Shown here piece after piece: positions 1-13,000 of a DNA stretch of 58,280 nucleotides (positions are counted from its first letter, which is position 1; every line of letters starts with the position of its first letter). Under the pieces are notes generated by a model, which did not search any database, was not told the origin of the DNA, and saw only the letters and a list, made by a program, of their open reading frames with translations. Made by a program: the position numbers and the translations under genes. Origin of the DNA: Gracilinanus agilis (taxonomy: Eukaryota). Location of the stretch: NCBI RefSeq assembly GCF_016433145.1, contig NC_058133.1:474277074-474335353 (forward strand), read 5' to 3'.

Positions 1-1454
1 GTAATATATTATTTAAATGTATATTTAAACCCTTTACCTAATGACTTAGAATCAATACTGTGTATTGATTGAATCAACACATACATACTGTACAAGGTCA
101 AGGATAGATAGAACCTTGGAGGTGGGTAGGGGATGGACCACTTCACTAGAAACATTCCTACAAGTTAATTTTGAGCCATTAATGACTAATCTTTGAGTCT
201 AGTCATTTAGCCAGTTTTTAACTACTTTACTATATTCTCTTCTAACCTATATTTCTCCATCTCATCCACAGGATAACATGAGAAAATTTGTCAAAAACTT
301 CGATGGAATCTAGGTAAACTATAACACTGCCCTGATCTATCAGTCTAATAATCTTGTCAACAAAGAAAACAAGTCTAACCTGCCATTATCCTTTTATTTT
401 TTTTTTGTATTTTAATAATTTTACTTTTTGTTATTTTGAACTTGATGAAAATGAATAAACCTGACCATTTCCATATTCAAAGAATAGGAAAATGGAACTT
501 CTTCTAAAACCACACCTCTGTTATGTACCTTTTTTTAAACAAGTTCATAAGTAACTCATATATTAGTTTCAAAGGTATCTAACTTGTGTGTCTCTTTGAA
601 TTCCCTTTTGTTCTCTTCTGTGCATTTTCATAAACCTTTCAATGGCCCTGTTTTCTTTGTTTCCTTCTTTTTCTCATCTCTATTATTAGCTTCTTCCCCT
701 CAAATTACAAAAACAAACCCAACGTCATCTTTGAACATCTTTGAACGTTCATCTTGAACCAAACAGGTCAAGTATAATAAATCAGCATATTGGCCATGAC
801 CAAATATGTCCGTGGTCTGACATTCTGAATGAAGCCCTACTAGCCAATAGCAATAGTGAGCATTAATTAAGGACCTACTATGTGCCAGGCTCTGTGCTAA
901 GCACTGGGAATTCAAATAAGAAAGATAGTTCCTGCCCACCCTCAAAAAGGTTACAATATAAAAGGAGTGACAGAACACCAAAGGAAGCTAAGAGGAGAGA
1001 ATGACATGAGAAGGTACCCTGGATCGGGGCATGGTGTTCATGGAATCAAAACCAAGAAGAGAGGCTGATGTGAAATGAAGTTAGCTGGAAAATTCTGAGC
1101 CCTCCATAAAGGAAGGCTTTGGGAGGAATTTATTCTTAACCTTCCAATCACAGAAAAGAGAAAACTGAAGCTGCTGAGGAAGTAGGTGTAGTATCAAAGT
1201 TGAATCAGTCTTCTTGATGATGAAATATCAAGTAATGATCTTATCCTGGGGGTTGGGGGTGGAGCATGAACCATGATTCTCCTTTTCCTTTTCTGGATGT
1301 TTGCTGACATCTTTAACATTGTGCTCTAGAATTTTGCTAGTGTAGCATACACTCTGGGACACCTATCCCAATTATTTTAACTCCTACTTACAATATCAAT
1401 TCAGGGCTCCAGATCATAGATCTAGGGGGTAATCCTGAAGGGTTGGGGTATCTT

Positions 1455-1785
1455 TTTTATTTTTATTTTTTATTTTATTTTTTTTTAAACCCTTGTACTT
1501 CGGTGTATTGTCTCATAGGTGGAAGATTGCTAAGGGTGGGCAATGGGGGTCAAGTGACTTGCCCAGGGTCACACAGCTGGGAAGTGGCTGAGGCCGGGTT
1601 TGAACTTTTATTTTTATTTTTAAACCCTTACTTTCTATCTTAGTAACAACTCTGAGACAGAAAGGTAAGGGCCAGGCACATAGGGTTAAGTGATTTCCCC
1701 AGGAACAGACAGCTAGGAAATGTCTGAGGCCAGATTTGAACCTAGGTCCTCTGGACTCCAGGTCTGGTGTTCTACTAGCTGCCCC
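1455..1785 (-). mobile_element. Two adjacent marsupial SINEs
   Basis: T-rich tails followed by AAACCCTT...CAAGTGACTTGCCCAGGGTCACACAGCTGGGAAG core, twice. Confidence 0.75.
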
Positions 1786-2435
1786 TGGGGTGTCTTTCTA
1801 ATGTTTCCAAGCCCCTTTCAGTGTGATTCACCCATGATTATCTGTTGATTTCAGTCAGCTAGCTTTAATTAGCTTTTGGAAAATAGTATTTTACTAAGAT
1901 AGTATGGTAAGAATATTTGGTATAAGACATCCCCCCAAAATTAGTGCTAGACTATACCTCTAGTATATGTAGTATTTAGAAGAGAATGGACTCAAGCTTA
2001 GATAGCACACATGGCCAAGGGGCAACTCATAGTTCATAGAAGTCCAGTTTTTGAAGTTCTCAATATTTTCACTTTAGGTAAGATACATAGTGGGTTTTAT
2101 TCTTTCTGAATGGTTCCTCGTACAATCCTTGAAGTCACTTTTCCTCAGTGTGTCTAGAAACATTGCTAAGACAATGAATTAGAAACCTGAATCCTCTGGC
2201 CCTCCAAAATTCACAAAGTCCTCAGTTGGTCAAAATAGGGCCGGGAGGAGATCAAGGCATGCTTCCCTCTTCCCCCTCAAGCAATTCCTTCTCGGTGGTA
2301 TCACCTTTAAAATTAAGGTAAACTGAGGCACAAAGTCCTATGCATGATCAATTTGTTAGCAAAGAACAAATTGCCAATAAATAAAGTATTGGCCTTCTTA
2401 TCAGTAACGAAGGCCCTGAGGTGGGGCTTACAGAT

Positions 2436-2636
2436 TTTTTTTTTAAATCTTTACCTTCTGTCTTAAAATCAATATTAAATACTGGTTCTAAGATAGATAA
2501 GCAGTAAGTGCTAGGTAATTAGTAGGGTTAAGAGACTTAAAAATCTCACAGCTAGGAAGTATCTGAGGCCAGATTTGAACTCTAGTTCTCCCATCTCCAG
2601 ACCTGACTTTCTATCTACTGAGCCACCTAGCTGCCT
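2436..2636 (-). mobile_element. Marsupial SINE
   Basis: CORE domain and tRNA-like head, reversed. Confidence 0.75.
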
Positions 2637-2639
2637 CTA

Positions 2640-3670
2640 CATATTATTTTTTTAGGTATTTTCCCCCAATTACATATGAAAATAATTTTAACATTCTTTT
2701 TTAAAAATTTGAGCCCAAATTCCCTTCTTTCTTCCTTCTCCTTTGTTCTCTCCAAGATAGTTAGCAAATTGATAAAGATTTTACACCTGCAATCTTGTAA
2801 GACATTTTTCCATATTAGTCCTTTTGTGGAAGAACCCTCAAACAAAAAAAGTGAAGATAGAAAATGAAATATAGTATACTTTGACCTGGATTCAGACTTC
2901 ATCAATTCTTTCTCTGGAGGCAGATGGCATTTTTCATCATGAATCCTTTAGGATTGTCTTAGATCTTTGTGGGCTGTTGAGAATAACTAAGTCATTCACA
3001 GTTGGTTATCATACAATATTGCTTTTACTATGCACAGTCTTTTCCTGGTTCTGCTTATTTCACTGTGCATCAGTTCATGTAAGTCTTTCTAGCTTTTTTC
3101 TGAAATCATCCTGTTCATCATTTCTTATAGCACAATATATTCCATCACCATCACATACCACAATTTGTTCAGCCATTCCCCCAATGAATGGTCATGCCTT
3201 CACTTTCCAATTCTTTGCTACCTCAAAAAGAGCTGCTATAAATATTTTTGTACATACAGGTCCTTTTCCTTTTTTTTTTTATCTCTTTGAGATACAGCTT
3301 TGGTAATGGTATTGTTCAGTCAGAGGGCATGTGCTGTTTTAAATCCCTTTGGGTATAGATACAAATTGCTTTCTAGAATGGTTGAATCAGTTCACAACTC
3401 CTGCATTACTGTTTCAAATCTCCCGTATTCCTTCCAAACTTTCATCATTTTCCTTTTCTGTCATACTAGCCAATCTGATATATATGAGTTGGTTTAATGT
3501 GCATTTTTCTAATTAGCAGTGATTCTGAGCATTTTTTTCACATAACTATAGATGGCGTGGATTACTTCATCTGAAAACTGTCTGTTTATCAGAGAATGAC
3601 TTGCGTTCTTATGCATTTGCCTCCTTTATGTATTTGAGAAATGAGGCCCCTATTTGAGGAACTTCTACAT
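2640..3670 (-). mobile_element. LINE-1 3' fragment
   Basis: Reversed marsupial L1 3' UTR and ORF2 C-terminal-like sequence; no intact ORF. Confidence 0.7.
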
Positions 3671-3689
3671 TTTTGTCACCATTACAATG

Positions 3690-4170
3690 ACTGTGTATTA
3701 CCCTCCATTCTATTTTCTCCCCTCCTGCAGATCATTTTTATAGACAAAAGGAAGAGCATCCAGAGTAAAGGCCAGCATAGAGGTGGGGAAAACAATCTGC
3801 TTGCTGCAGATCTGTTAGGCTGGCTGGCCAACCACCCCTCTTTCCATATTGTCGCTGATTGATTGAGTCCAACTGCAAGGTCAGTTAGTGGTACATGGAT
3901 AACAAACCAGACTTCCTTGAAGGACAGAGATAACAGTCCAGACTTCCTTGAAGGACAACTAGTGGGACAGAGATAACAGATTTCCTTGACATAAGAATAG
4001 ACCATTGATTTTGCAGAAAAACTGAACTTCTAAACTCAGAGACAACGAGTAATTTACAGGAAAGCTGAACTTCTAAACTTAAACTCAAGAGACAATAAAA
4101 CATGACTTCTGCAGTTATAAAAACGTCAGTAGAACTACAGAATGAGATCCATTATGAAGTAGAATCAATT
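3690..4170 (+). mobile_element. Possible LTR-like element with internal direct repeats
   Basis: CCAGACTTCCTTGAAGGACA at 3907 and 3938; CTGAACTTCTAAACT at 4022 and 4065; AATAAA near 4095. Confidence 0.35.
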
Positions 4171-4412
4171 TGATTTTTTTTTTCAGGCTCCTGGCTGGGG
4201 TGTTTTCTCTTCTCCACTGTCAGAAAAGACACTCGATACCAAACTACTCTGCTGGTTTTAGGTAAGACCCACATATATATAAAGATACAGCCAAGTCTCC
4301 TCAACCCTGACTCACATATACTTCCTAAGCATCTTCAATCCATTTTATCCAATGGCTTTCAAGAACTTCTCACTTGATAAAGGATTTGGAGCCAAGTCTA
4401 AAGTCTGTGATT

Positions 4413-4600
4413 GGGGGCAGCTGGGTAGCTCAGGGGATTGAGAGTCAGGTCTAGAGATGGGAGGTCCTAGGTTCAAATCCAGCTTCAGATACTTCCCAGC
4501 TATGTGACCCTGGGCAAGTCACTTGACCCCCATTGCCCACCCTTACCACTCTTCCACCAAGGAGCCAATACACAGAAGTTAAGGGTTTAAAAAAAAATAA
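4413..4600 (+). mobile_element. Young opossum-type tRNA-derived CORE-SINE with target-site duplication
   Basis: GGGGGCAGCTGGGTAGCTCAG...GAAGTTAAGGGTTTAAAAA; TSD TAAAGTCTGTGATT at 4399-4412 and 4601-4614. Confidence 0.9.
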
Positions 4601-5404
4601 TAAAGTCTGTGATTGATTGATTGACTGATCTGGGCTTTATTCATGCCTATTCTGATTCTATTGAGATGAGTTCTCAAAAAAAAAAATCAAGGTTTAGACC
4701 TCATTAATTACAGAAGAGCCCTTATCCGAAGGATGTGAACAATTGCTGACACTCAGCTATATGTGCTCTTTCTCTCTGCTCCTGCCCTGCCCCTCTCCTC
4801 CCCAGCCTCCCATAACCTTAAAAAAAAAAAAAAAGTGAAAATGGAAACAGAAGAGGCTGCTGCAGCTGGCAGACCTCAGACTTCTGGGGCTTCAGAGGGC
4901 AGACCTCCAACCCTTCTGGTTGACTGAGGATAACTGAAATGGAAGAAAGTGAACCCACAGATAAGGGGGTCCTCCTGTACTTCAATTGGGTATGGAGTCG
5001 ATGGTTAATTCATTCAACAGAGCTCTCTATACATACACAGACCTTTATACTAGCTATCAAAACTAATATTACCGCTTTAATTAGAGTTTACACACTCTAA
5101 TCTTATCTTTTCTCATTAAAAAGAAAATGGAGACATTTACATTTTTCCAGTCCATCAGTATTTCTCCTATTCCACCATGATCTTCCAAAGATCCATTAGT
5201 TGTTCAGCCATGACATCTGCTAAGGCTTTCAGTTCCATGGGATGTAATTCCCCTGAGCTTGGTGACTTGAGCTCATTAAAGGCAGTTGTTCTCATTATCT
5301 TCTTACCTACCTTGGGTTTCAACTACCTAACTGCCAGTTTTGGTTTTTTTCCTTCTAGTTCAAAGATCATTCTGTTTGGCAGAGAAAACAAAAACAAAAT
5401 AAGA

Positions 5405-5630
5405 AAGAGTTATTTAGTCATGTCCCATGACCTTCGGGACCCTATGGATCATACTGTCCATGGGGTTTTGTTGGCAAAGTTTGCCCTTTTCTCTTCCAGT
5501 GGATTAAAGCAAACAGAAGTTAAGTGACTTATCCAGGGTCACACATCTAGTGGGTGTCTATGGTCAAATTTGAACTTAGTCTTCCTGACTCCGGGTCTGG
5601 TGTTCTATCCATTAAAGCAACTAGTGGCCT
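5405..5630 (-). mobile_element. MAR1-like SINE (RTE-related 3' end)
   Basis: TTTAGTCATGTCC...CTATGGATCATACTGTCCATGGGGTTTT...GGCAAAG followed by the CORE domain. Confidence 0.6.
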
Positions 5631-6329
5631 CCATAAAGAACTCTGGATTTGGAAACAGAGAATGTGGGTTAGAATTCTAGTTCTACCATTGTCTAGTTGA
5701 TAGATGTGAATCCAAGCAAATTATTTCATCATCCTGGGCCTCAGTTTCCTCCTCTACAGAACAAAAAAGGGTGGGACTATATGACTTTTACGGCCAGTTC
5801 TGATTTTATGATTTCTAAGAATGGAGCAGTTGCCCTCTTTCCTTTTCTCTGTTAATCTTGTCTCAGCTACCCAGAACAGTATTTCCTAAGGTTTCTTTAT
5901 CTTCTGAATGCTCAGATATTCAACTAGATTGGTGATCTCATTGACTTTACTCCAACAGTGTAGATCAAAACTTGCATGGACCTGATCATCTTACAGGACT
6001 TTTGTCCACATCCTCCCATAATTACAATACAGAGTATCCGTCCAAAATGGTTCCAAATGTAGTTTAAAGCAAAAAACACAATGTTATGGGCTAAGCATTT
6101 CCCACCAACCTTTAGCCAGATTGACATGATTCTTATATGAACGTATCATGCTTTTGTATTTACTTATCTGTCATCACCAGCTTTCCTAGCATTTTTGTCC
6201 AGTTATTTTTTTAAAGCTGACCAACAAAAGATATTGATAACTTTTTTAAAACGTACAACACTCCCAAAACAAATTAAGAAAAAATATTCATTGGTTATTG
6301 AGGTCCTATACAGCTACATATATCTCTTT

Positions 6330-6680
6330 AAACAATTTTCCACTATCAGAATTATTTCCATTTGGGACTTTGGAATGTCATTCTTTTTTCCCCATTTTTT
6401 AAATTGTCATGCAAAACCCACTTCCATATTGGTCATTGTTGTAAGAGCACTCTCATACAGAACCAAAACCCCCAAATAAAACCATGAATACACTTACACT
6501 GATGTGAAAAATGATTCCAACAGTTCTTTCTCTGGAGGTGGATAGCACTCCCCATCATAATTCTTTCAGGACCGTCCCAGATCAGGGCACTATTGAGAGT
6601 AGCCACGTTTTCACAGATAATTATCATCCGCTATTGCTGTTATAGTATACGGTGTTCTCCCTGTTTCACTCTGCATCAGT
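6330..6680 (-). mobile_element. LINE-1 3' fragment
   Basis: Shares motifs with the 2640-3670 relic (TCTTTCTCTGGAGG...GATAGCA; TTTCACTCTGCATCAGTTC). Confidence 0.65.
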
Positions 6681-7015
6681 TCTCACAGATCTTGGAATGT
6701 CACTCTTTAGAGATATTTGTGTCTCTGGAGCTGACTTCCCACCCAGAATTTTAGACCATCCATTACAAGCTCAACAACATGCCATAGCATCCCCCCCAAA
6801 GCTAAAATGATCATCGCTTGCATTGATAAAGGCAGTGTCTAGTGCAAAAGAGCGATAACATTGCTAGACTATTCCCTGCTGAGACCATAGCCAGAGTTGT
6901 GTTCTGGGTGACCTGATTTGGTTTTGGACACCAAATTTTAGGAAGGTCACTGACAAAGTTGAATATAGCCAGAAAAGAGGGCAAAAGATAGTCCCTGCCA
7001 TTGAGGAGTTTACAA

Positions 7016-7205
7016 TTTTTTTTTAACCCTTACCTTCTGTCTTAGAATATGGTTCCAAAGCAGAAAAATAGTAAGGGGCTAGATAATAGGGGTTACATGA
7101 CTTGCCCAGGGTCACCCGGTTAGGAAGTTTCTGAGACCAAATTTGAACCCAAGACCTCCTGACTCTGGGCCTGGCTCTCTATCTTCTGAGCCACCAATTG
7201 CCCCC
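7016..7205 (-). mobile_element. Marsupial SINE
   Basis: TTTTAACCCTTACCTTCTGTCTTAG...CTGAGCCACC consensus. Confidence 0.75.
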
Positions 7206-7379
7206 AGGAGTTTATTATAATCTAATGGAGGAGACAAGCAAATCTATATGGAGCAAGCTATATGTAAGTTAAATAGGAAATAATTAAGAGGGACGGCCCT
7301 AGAATTAAGAGGGGTTAGGAAAGATTTCTTATGGAATATGGGATTTTTGTTAGGACTTAAAGGAAGCCAGGAAATTTCC

Positions 7380-7800
7380 TTTCACAGACACTGATACAGC
7401 TAAGTTTGGCCTTTTTCCTGTTCTTATAAGTTAACACCCACTCCTCATCCCCACGTCTTTGCCCTGGCTGGACCTCCACGTGTGGAATGGGCACCTTCTC
7501 CATACCTACCTCTCAAGAACCTCAGCTTCCTTGAAGGCTCAGCTCACGAAACTGCTCCCCGCCAATTCATTATCTTCTATTTATTTTGTATATGCTTACA
7601 CAGGCTGTTCCAAAAGGCTGTGTAGGTTTAAGCTTACGCTGAGACGCTTAGGACACCTCGTGTGTGTCACGCACGTGTCTCTCCAGAAAGAATGAGAAGT
7701 TCCTTGAGGGCAGGAATGATCTCACTGTTGCCCATTCATCCCCAGCACTTGGCTCAGAGATTGGGAGATGTCAGGTGCTTAACAAACATTTGTTGGTCAT
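7380..7800 (+). mobile_element. L2 3' fragment with elevated CpG
   Basis: Ends CCCAGCACTTGGC...GTGCTTAACAAACATTTGTTG. Confidence 0.55.
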
Positions 7801-8245
7801 TTACCACCCAAGAGAAGAGCTAGGATTCCTGGGTCTGAGTGGCAAATTTCCTAACAATGATGAATTCCTAACCCTAACTCCTTCTTGTCTGGTCTCCAAG
7901 TCTCAGCTTCAGCGTCCCTTTTTTTTGGTTTGGTGCTTGCAGAAAGAAGGTCCTTCTCCATTAAACCATTGTTGAATAAGGAAGCCAAGGCCACGGTTTG
8001 TCTCCAGAAGGCTGCTCTAAAAATGCACATCTATCACATGGGAGAGGGAGACATGGAAGGGGGCTCTTGGGAGAGAGATCCCTTCTGGCCTTCTGCCACC
8101 AGCACAAACCAGGGATCAGATCAGCTGTTATCTGGGAACAAAGGGAAAGGCTCCTCAAGAGAAGTCTGTTTCGATGGGCAGGGAAAGGTGACAGACTTGG
8201 CTGCCAGAGTCCATTTGGTATAGCCCCAATCTGGGCCCCCCCCCC

Positions 8246-8392
8246 NNNNNNNNNNNNNNNNNNNNNNNNNNNNNNNNNNNNNNNNNNNNNNNNNNNNNNN
8301 NNNNNNNNNNNNNNNNNNNNNNNNNNNNNNNNNNNNNNNNNNNNNNNNNNNNNNNNNNNNNNNNNNNNNNNNNNNNNNNNNNNNNNNNNNNN
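8246..8392. other. Assembly gap (N run)
   Basis: 147 n. Confidence 1.
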
Positions 8393-8413
8393 AGTATGTG
8401 AACTGAACACAAT

Positions 8414-8419
8414 TTTATT
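8414..8419 (-). terminator. Probable ITGA10 poly(A) signal AATAAA
   Basis: TTTATT on +, followed on the minus strand by ATTGTGTTCAG; gives a 3'UTR of about 1.6 kb; abuts an N gap. Confidence 0.6.
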
Positions 8420-9485
8420 TGCTTCAATCAAATGATGCCCAAACACCGAGATGGACTGTTAGCCCAGATCAGCTGGAGAAGCAGAAGTATTGACCAAGGG
8501 GATGGTCCTCTCGGATGCCACCACGGATGGTCAGAGGAAGCAGGAGGGCAGACACCCAGGAGCCCTCCCACTCCTCAAGGAGAGCCTTTGGGACATCCTG
8601 TGGCTGCTGATCATCTTCTACCTTCTCTTAAATCTCTAAATGGGGTGGGAGTGTTTGAAGGAGGTGGAGCTGGCACTAAGACCCATTTAGCAGGTCTCTG
8701 GAGTTCTGGGTTCCTGGGAGGAATCCCACTCCGAGGAGGATTCAGGGGATGAAAGATGAGTTTGGGGATCCCTCGTGGAGGTGGGGAAGTGGCTGGCAGG
8801 CTCCCTGTAGCAAAGAGGCCTGCTAAGGCGCAGCTGGGGGACTGGAGGCAAGGTAGCTGGGGAGCCCTGGAAACCTTTCCCAAGGAGAAAACTCTGCTGC
8901 ACAAACAACACGCCCAGAGCAAGTGAGGGCTTGTTTCCTAGTGACTTCACTCCACCCACTTCTACTTCTCCCTAGGGGTTCAGACCCCTGGGCTCACTCC
9001 ATCCAGGGGTGCTCCCTGCCCTCCAGGATGGGGTCCCAAGAAGCCATTCCCGATGGCCCTGTAAGCAGCAAGGCAGGAAGGTGACGTGGGTGCTGGGCCT
9101 CCCACACAGCAGCCTGGCAATCCCAGAGGCAGCCACGCGGAGGCTCCTGGCCCCCAGAAAGCACGGAGGCGAGCCAGGCAGGGGGGCAGCACCTGAGGGG
9201 CTGGCGGCTGGCTCGGGTTTCAGGGGGTGCCAAGCTGCCCATCTAAAGGCTCCTCTGTTCCTCGGGCTCGCACAGAATGTCTCCTGTGGCTTTTCCCCTC
9301 CCTCCTTTCTTCCTGTTGACTCTCCCCACCCGGCTCTCTGAATCACCAGACTCCACAGGAAAGCAGCAGATGTTGACTTTGCTTGGGGAAGCCCACGTCA
9401 GCTCCCTCCAGTGGGCTGTCGGGTAGGAAGGCACCGAGGCGAGGGGGTGGAGACTGGAAGGAGGCGAAGCTCTATCGCTTCCAAA

Positions 9486-9675
9486 NNNNNNNNNNNNNNN
9501 NNNNNNNNNNNNNNNNNNNNNNNNNNNNNNNNNNNNNNNNNNNNNNNNNNNNNNNNNNNNNNNNNNNNNNNNNNNNNNNNNNNNNNNNNNNNNNNNNNNN
9601 NNNNNNNNNNNNNNNNNNNNNNNNNNNNNNNNNNNNNNNNNNNNNNNNNNNNNNNNNNNNNNNNNNNNNNNNNNN
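9486..9675. other. Assembly gap (N run) in the ITGA10 3'UTR
   Basis: 190 n. Confidence 1.
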
Positions 9676-10018
9676 GAGGTCTCAGCTTGACCAGAGGGAT
9701 GGTCATGAGCCTTTTCTCTCCAGGAAACCTCCTGGGAATGGTGCAGCCCAACAAAGGCCTTGGTGCAGGCCCCAGAGCAGGATCACAGGGAGAGTCAGAT
9801 GGGCTGGGAGGCTGGCCTGTGGCAGGGTTATTCTTGGCTGAGGCTGGGCCTCACTTCTTCACAGAAGCCTCCCTAAGACACAGGAGTCAGACTGGGCTGT
9901 GGAGTTTGGAGGAGAGGCCCAGGGGCATCCTTTTGTCCCAGCCGGGCCCGTTCCCCCTGCCTCTCTTCAAGTCTCAGGGACCACCACAGAAGAGGCATTT
10001 GTGGGCCTTCTGCCAGCC

Positions 10019-13000
10019 TCATTGATCCACTTTCTCATTTCCATCTTCTTCAGGTGCTTTCTTTCGGGCAAAGAATCCAAGCTAAAGGGAGAGAAATGAG
10101 GAGCCTTTACACCCCCCAAAGCCTTCCTTTCCCCATGGCCTCAGGGCATGATGCTTTCTTTTTTTGAGGGAATGATACAAAATACACCCCCCTGCCAGCC
10201 CTTTCCCTCTATCCCTGCCCTGTCTATTAAGCCCTGGGCCCCTGGAACATACTATAGAATGGGCTGAATCTAGAGTCAAAGAATCCAAGTTCAAATCCTG
10301 TTTCTGCCACCTGGGTGACCCTGGGCTAGTCACCTAACTTGGGGGCCTCTGTTTCCTCACCGCTAAGGTCAGGGAGTTGGCCTAGATGGCCTCTGAGGCC
10401 CATTGGGGCTCTAAATAGGTGGTTCTGTGATGTCCTTCATGCTTAGGGACGGTCCTCCCCGCCTCCCATCTCTGTGGAATAGTCCTCACCTTCCAGAGGC
10501 AGAAAACAATGAGGGCCAACAACAAGAGCCCTCCTAGGACACTGCCAACAAGGATCCATAATGAGACAGGAACGTGGCGGGCCTGGATTATCTCCAAGAG
10601 GCTCTGGGGAAAGAGCATCATTTCTGAATCCCAGCCCGGCCTCCCCACCCAATACTCTAGATCCAACAACAGGGGAACCGGCAGACTGGGTCCCGCTGGC
10701 TCCCCGGGGCAAGGTTCGGCCATGCCCAGTACAGTTTTCAGAGCACCCACCTCGCTCCCCTGGGCGGCCTCCGTCAGCTGCAGGACGCTGCCCTCCTCAA
10801 CCCCAAGTTTAAAGCTGCTGACCACAGTGACCGATTTGAACTTGGCCTGTAGGGACAGGAAGTGGGAAAAATGTTCAGGAGGATCCTGGCCTGTGGTGTG
10901 CCAGCTGGCGGGGGCCTGGGGCTCCCTGGGGGTCAAGGATTGGCCAAGAGGCCCCGGATCCACCATAGCCCCCAATATCAGAATGAAGAGGAGGAGGGAG
11001 GAGAGGAGAAATGAAATCAAGAAGGGCAGGAGGAAGGGGCATGGGGCAGCTGGGCCGATTCGCCTCAAATCCTGATATAAAAATGATATCCTCGCCCTCA
11101 TACAGGCAGAGCTCCTGGTTCTCCCGGATGCCCTTCCTGTTCCCACTGACCACCCAGAGTGCCTTCCCTGCCACAGACTGACCTTTGGGGCCAAATCTAA
11201 GGCCTGCCTTCTGGGACGTCCTACCTTCCCATCCATCCCTCTTCCTCTCTGCACTGCTGTGGTCCCCGGAGCCCAGATGGCCCAGTTTAGCCCCTAAAGT
11301 TCCAAAGTTTTGTCTTCCCAACTAGACACTGTGAACCTCCTGGGGACAGACAAGACCCGCCGATAGACTGTTTTCCTATCTACTAAACAGCCTGCCTGGG
11401 GTTTTGGACTTGGGATGGAGAGGTTTGGGTGGGAATCCTGCCCGTTGCTCGACTCTGAACACTGAACTCGAGTTTCCTCCTCTGGAAAATGGGGATAGCT
11501 CTGCGTCTAGCATTTATCTTCGGGATGATGAGAATCCAAGGGGAAATTAAAAAGCATTCTAAACCCGAAGGTGCTCTGTAAATGTCGGCCACTGTTGTTA
11601 TTAGAACGGTAAGCACGAGGGGCACGCCGGTGGCTCCGTGGGCAGAGCCAGGTCTGGAGGCTGGAGAACTTGGGCTCCTATCTGGCTTCGGACACGTCCC
11701 AGCCGTGTGGCCCTGGGTAAGTCACGCACCCCGACGGCCTGGCCCTTGCTGCTCTCCTGTCTTAGAATTGTAAGGGCTCAACATGGGGCTGCCATTCCAA
11801 AAGGCAGTTTGGAAATAAGGTCGGTCCTCGGAGGCCGGAGATGAAGAAGGAAGCTCCCGTGTCTACCAGCCTATTTGTTAGGGCGCTTTTGTGGCGGCAA
11901 AGAATCAGAAAAGAAGCGGATGCGGCTAAGCGAGTTGTGGCAGGCGGACACCTTGGAACGTTCACTTCCTATAAGAAAGGTGACCATGAAGAGAAGAGAG
12001 AAGCCAGCGTGGAAGACAGAACGGATGCCAGGCAGAGGAAGCGGAAGCAGCAGAAGACAGCAGCGATTCCCCAGATAACCGTGTAAAATGATCGTGACCG
12101 AGCCTGGCCTGAAGAAGATGAAGAGAGGTGGGACGTGGGTGGAGATGGTGCTCTTCGTTTTTCATTCTTTGATAAAAGGGACGGCTCTCTGGGCGATCCG
12201 GAGGGATGTATGGGGAAATGAAGGCGATCCAGATCGGAAGGTGTGGGCCGAGGGCCGCAGAGGGACCCAGGGAGGAACGTCCTTTTGCCACTGAAGTGCG
12301 GCCTCTTCTCTGGGGCTCACGTGCCCAGTTATTGCTACCGAAGCGTTAACTGACAGCCAGTGGCTGTTAACGGCAAAGCTTGAACCCCGGCTTCGAGGCA
12401 AGATAGCGATAAAAAGGGAGAAATCGTGCAAGAGGCAAGAAAACAGTCCTGGGGAAAAGGAGCAGCGTAAGAAGGGCGACAGGACAGGGAAGGCGGCGCG
12501 CACGGGCTCACCCTTCGGAAGAATTCGTCGTGGATGAGCCTCAGGAACTGCACGGAGATCTCGGACCCCCGAGGCAGGCGTCCGAGGTGGCACCGCACCA
12601 CCTGGCACCAGGTGTTACTGCCGTTCTGCGGGGTAAAGGGGTCAGCACCCGTCGGGCTAGCGTTCCTTCCTCCTCCCTCCAGCCCAGGCCCGGCCTCAGG
12701 GCTCCCCCCCGCAGGCTCCCTGGGAGCTCATACCAGCCGGCTGGCCTGCCGCAGGTCCTCCGAGTGCATCGGCGCCATCGAGGGCTCCGTCAGGTTCTGC
12801 ACCGTGCAGCTGGCCTGGGAGAGGTGGGGGTGCACAGGGAGAGGGGTCACTCAGACCAGGACGCTGGCAGAGGACCTGGTGCGGGATTTTAGGCCACCCC
12901 GTTGTCCCCCCAGAGGAGCCTTTCGTTATCTCCCAGGTAGGTCACAGGAGCATCGAGTTGGCGGTGGAAGGGACCTCGCATGGAAACCATGTAATCCAAC

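Noticed and set aside
700-981. 93-aa minus-strand ORF, considered as a possible ANKRD35 exon
   Set aside because: No ankyrin similarity in any frame; partly overlaps L2-like sequence.
4413-4480. tRNA-like sequences (GTAGCTCAG...GGTTCAAATCC) here and at other SINE heads
   Set aside because: They continue into CORE-SINE bodies with A tails and TSDs, so they are not tRNA genes.
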